A DNA stretch of 56,226 bases from Calcarisporiella thermophila CBS 279.70 (taxonomy: Eukaryota; Fungi; Calcarisporiellomycota): contig NW_027192210.1 in NCBI RefSeq assembly GCF_041956535.1, forward strand, positions 80,984 through 137,209. Direction: 5' to 3'. How positions within the stretch are numbered: the first letter of the stretch is position 1; each line of letters starts with the position of its first letter. Positions 52,604 through 56,226 of the stretch are shown here, piece by piece. The notes under the pieces were generated by a model, which saw nothing but the letters and a program-made list of their open reading frames with translations, was not told where the DNA came from and made no database searches. Position numbers and translations under genes: made by a program.

Positions 52604-52971
52604 TCTTTGGATATCTAAGGTTGTATTAGACATTCAAGAGATATATGTCCCATATAAAGTCACGTGATCATTGTCGAAAGAATTTTGTTCTATAGAATAA
52701 CCCTCTCAGATGTTGGAGTGCTGTGGCGCAGTTAATTTGTCCTGTCGTGATAGTCTTAGAATAATCTTCGCATCGGTTTTCTTTCCTCCTCTCTCTTTTT
52801 AACGCTACCGCCCAGTGTTCTGTGTGCTTGCATAGCGATTGAAAGGTACGAACGCATCCATCCATCTGTCTACTTTATACAAACATCCATCGGATACGAT
52901 TTTTGCTTGTTTTTGTGTACCCTCATTAACATAAGCTTTTGTTAAATCTTATTAGCTGCTAATCGATCAGC

Positions 52972-53578
52972 ATGGTCCGCATCTCTGTCTTGGTATGTTT
53001 CATACTCTTCGATGAATTTCCGCTTCTATTATAAAATCATCATAATGCAATCTTAATTTACTAAATTGCATCACTTCTGATTTTTCATCATTAGAACGAC
53101 TGCCTTAATAGTATGGTCAATGCCGAACGCCGTGGCAAGCGCCAGGTGTTGGTTCGTCCCTCCTCCAAGGTTGTAGTCAAATTCCTTACGGTCATGCAAA
53201 AGCATGGTATGTAGCTTGGGATAGATCCTTATTTTACACTCTGATTACACTGCTCTTTTACGCTTAATATAATCCTATATAATTCGATTAATTGACCTGT
53301 CTATTTCTAAATCTATAGGATATATTGGTGAGTTTGAGGAAATTGATGATCACCGCTCCGGCAAGATTGTCATCCAGTTGAATGGTCGTCTTAATAAGTG
53401 CGGTGTTATTTCTCCCCGTTTCGACATTAAGGTCAATGAGATTGAGAAATGGGTGAATAATCTGCTTCCATCAAGGCAGTTCGGTTACCTTGTATTCACC
53501 ACCTCTTATGGTATTATGGACCACGAGGAGGCTCGTCGCAAGCACACTGGTGGGAAGATTTTGGGATACTTCTACTAA
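52972..53578 (+). CDS. RPS22: 40S ribosomal protein uS8 (S22/S15a)
   Basis: [73 protein letters not shown]; two introns. Confidence 0.98.
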
Positions 53579-54053
53579 ATATATATCTCTTGCAATTTTT
53601 GTAATAATAAAAAAAAAACATATCAAAAAATCTGTGAATATGGTTGCTAAATAGTGTGTAGGGCTTCATACGTAAATATATAGCAAACAAAAAAGCCAGA
53701 AAAATAGTGTATATCTACCCGAACTTTGACCAACATCCACCTGATTGATTGTACTTTGAAGCACGGTGGCTATATGGTTCTACCCATTAATACTATTTTG
53801 TAGATAACATTCGAAATACACTATGCTACTGAAAACGCAAATGAATTGCTAAATTTCTTGGGACTGTTTTTTATGAAATTGGAAATCTGAGTAAGATTCA
53901 TCTAACTTTCATCTGAGATACGAGAAAATCTTTTGATCGTACGTTTAAAAAAATATCTGATAGTCCCAGAAAATAAAAAATAATAATTACCTTTAAGTTC
54001 CTACATGCACAGTCATTGGTCCACTATATGGATGTCAGAAGTATAATTAATTC

Positions 54054-55631
54054 ATGACCATAATGTCTCTTGACCATATATCATGGCTCTATATCTTCCA
54101 GGCCTCAAGGTTTTGATTATAATATATGCCAAAGGAATGAAACATTACTCTAATAATGATTTATGTGTTTTAGCATGTCTTCCCATCGTATTTATGAGTT
54201 CAGCTCGGCGCTTTTTATATCTCATCTTTTCCCGGAGACACTTCTTCCAACATCACTATATGGATTCGCGCTTACATTGTGTACAATTATAACTAGCAAA
54301 TGGATCGGGAAATACATTGACGGTAAACCACGGCTAAATGGTAATATTGGATACATTTCTTGTTGTTTATACATCCATCTTCTTAAGCTTTGTTGCCGTT
54401 ATAAGTTGTTAGAACATGCTGCCTACTGCAAGAATTTTCCAAGGTCATTAGCTGCCTATTATTTGCTCTCCTCTTTTCACCATTCGCCCGGAATTCTTCA
54501 TTCCTGACTCATTTCATCTTTCTTGTTATTTTGTTACTTGGATGCGCGATGCGCACTTCGTTCACAGGAATGTCGATAGCGATTGATAAAGACTGGGTGG
54601 TTGTCATAACCAACTCAACAACAGTTCCAGATAACACATTAATTGTCAACGCAAAAATGCGAAGAATAGATTTACTGGGGAAGTCTTTGGTGCCTTTTGT
54701 CATTGCTGGATTATCCGCCCTAGGAAAAACGATAGTGCTATCATTACCAATATTAATTATTTGGTGTCTTGCTACTATATGGATAGAATGGGTGGCAACT
54801 AGGAAACTTTATGAATATTTTCCTGCCCTTGCAATTGCTAAAAGTAAGCAGGCATCGAAGGATATAGGAGCCAATGGGATTGAATCAAGTATAGAACAAA
54901 GTGAGGCGGCGATAGATGAAGATATTCCGTTATTCTACGGGCAGGTAGACGCAATCGAGACGGAAGATAGCAACAAATGTCATGATCGTGCTGGAAATTG
55001 GTGGGACAATACACTTCGTGATTGGACAATGTTTTATAGCCATCCTGTATTCCTTAGCTCTGTCTCGCTCTCCATGATCTATGTCAATACACTCACACTC
55101 AATGGCCCACTCATTACTTTTCTTAAGTATCACGACGTTACTGATCCAACTATTGCTCTAGTGCGTGGATTTTCCGTGCTTGTCGGGGTTCTTGCCACCT
55201 ATTTAATGCCCATCGGAGTCAAATATTTGGGTTTACTGGAAACAGGAATATCGAGCTTATTGCTGGAGTTCACCGCGCTATTTTCTGTCCTCCTATATCT
55301 TAGTTTCGCTTCATTAGAATTAAACAATTCCACCAACTCTACCGTCTTCTTCGCTGGCCTAATTATCTCACGTCTCGGCTATTGGAGTTTCGAGCTTGTG
55401 CAGTTGCGGGTTCTGCAAGAACTTGTGCCAAACTACCTCGTAGGTCTCTTCAGTGGTCAACAGGCTATTCTTTGTGGATTTTTTGAGCTTATTCACTATG
55501 GGTTAACCATTATCTGGAAAAATCCAAAGACCTTCGTCATACCAGCAATTACTGGAGTTTCAGCAGTTGCTGTTTCTTGCATAGTGTATACCATATTTTT
55601 TAAACGCTACAAGAAGACGTTTCCTGTATAA
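54054..55631 (+). CDS. Ferroportin (FPN1/SLC40) family metal transporter
   Basis: WLYIFQASSMSSHRIYEF, FPETLLPTSLYG, AIDKDWVVVI, NAKMRRIDL, SRLGYWSFEL; two introns. Confidence 0.88.
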
Positions 55632-55812
55632 GGAAAATTAAAAACATTTTGGAACCTTTATATTAGGGCATTATTTCAAATGTCTCGATGCTTAAAATTC
55701 TTAAAGCAATACTAGGTGTAGTTCCTTGAACAAAGGAAATAGTCATATTCAGTGGGCAGAAAAATATTGTATAATAGTTAAATGTAAAATAATTGTTATC
55801 AAAAAACTTGAG

Positions 55813-55884
55813 TGGACGCTATGGGGATTGAACCCATGGCCTTTCGCATGCAAAGCGAATGTGATACCACTACACCAAGCGCCC
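55813..55884 (-). tRNA. tRNA-Ala (anticodon UGC)
   Basis: GGGCGCTTGGTGTAGTGGTATCACATTCGCTTTGCATGCGAAAGGCCATGGGTTCAATCCCCATAGCGTCCA. Cloverleaf, A and B boxes, G3:U70 alanine determinant, downstream T-run terminator. Confidence 0.97.
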
Positions 55885-56226
55885 TCTACGTTTAATGCTA
55901 CAAGCAAATCGGTTTTTGGTACGAGCAAGTCACTTTGACAGTCACAAGGTATTCGAGAGCTCCACGTGGCGCACTCTCGAAGGCGGTCCGGTCGCGTCAC
56001 CCAACTGGTCAACTCCAGATGTACTGTCTTTACCCTTGTACAAATGCCCTTTAATTACGAGACAAGGTCGACAATTTGAGGAGCCGAAACCGCCAACACC
56101 GCCGTATCTACTAAATGATATTCTAACCTTCCTCATCAATGGAGGAAGGATAGAATGTAGATCACTCCGGCGACAAGCCTTTTTGGAGCGGAACATGCCG
56201 ATACAATCGGAAATGGAGCGCAGATA

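Noticed and set aside
52993-53319. Intronic box C/D snoRNA in RPS22 introns
   Set aside because: Introns are short; no proper RUGAUGA/CUGA pair with terminal stem or evident rRNA guide.

Overview
Gene-dense, intron-rich nuclear DNA from an early-diverging fungus (Mucoromycota-like; inferred from Mdv1, Rsa3, a bacterial-type mitochondrial HisRS, ferroportin and an MTA1c p1 orthologue). It holds about 28 protein-coding genes and one tRNA-Ala(UGC). Most are housekeeping genes, often in head-to-head pairs: ARP2/CAB4, MDV1/SKP1, RSA3, RNR2, FAF1-like/LeuRS, SLT11, glyoxylate-reductase-like dehydrogenase, RhoGEF, mitochondrial GluRS and HisRS, mitochondrial ABC transporter, 14-3-3, PPN2-like phosphoesterase, VHS-GAT protein, RPS22 and ferroportin. 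The most novel-looking part is the AT-rich left 5.4 kb, with three TATA-box genes for secreted products: a pre-pro-protein of 41-aa four-cysteine repeats, a subtilisin, and a 58-aa pre-pro-peptide ending in a six-cysteine core (CDHLCCYYPGACYCC). The ORF track misses the first and third. Other highlights are the p1 subunit of the DNA 6mA methyltransferase complex, a GPI-anchored precursor with KR-flanked amphipathic repeats, and CGCG cell-cycle element clusters. Gene models were spliced by eye and identifications rest on recognised motifs; no database searches were run.
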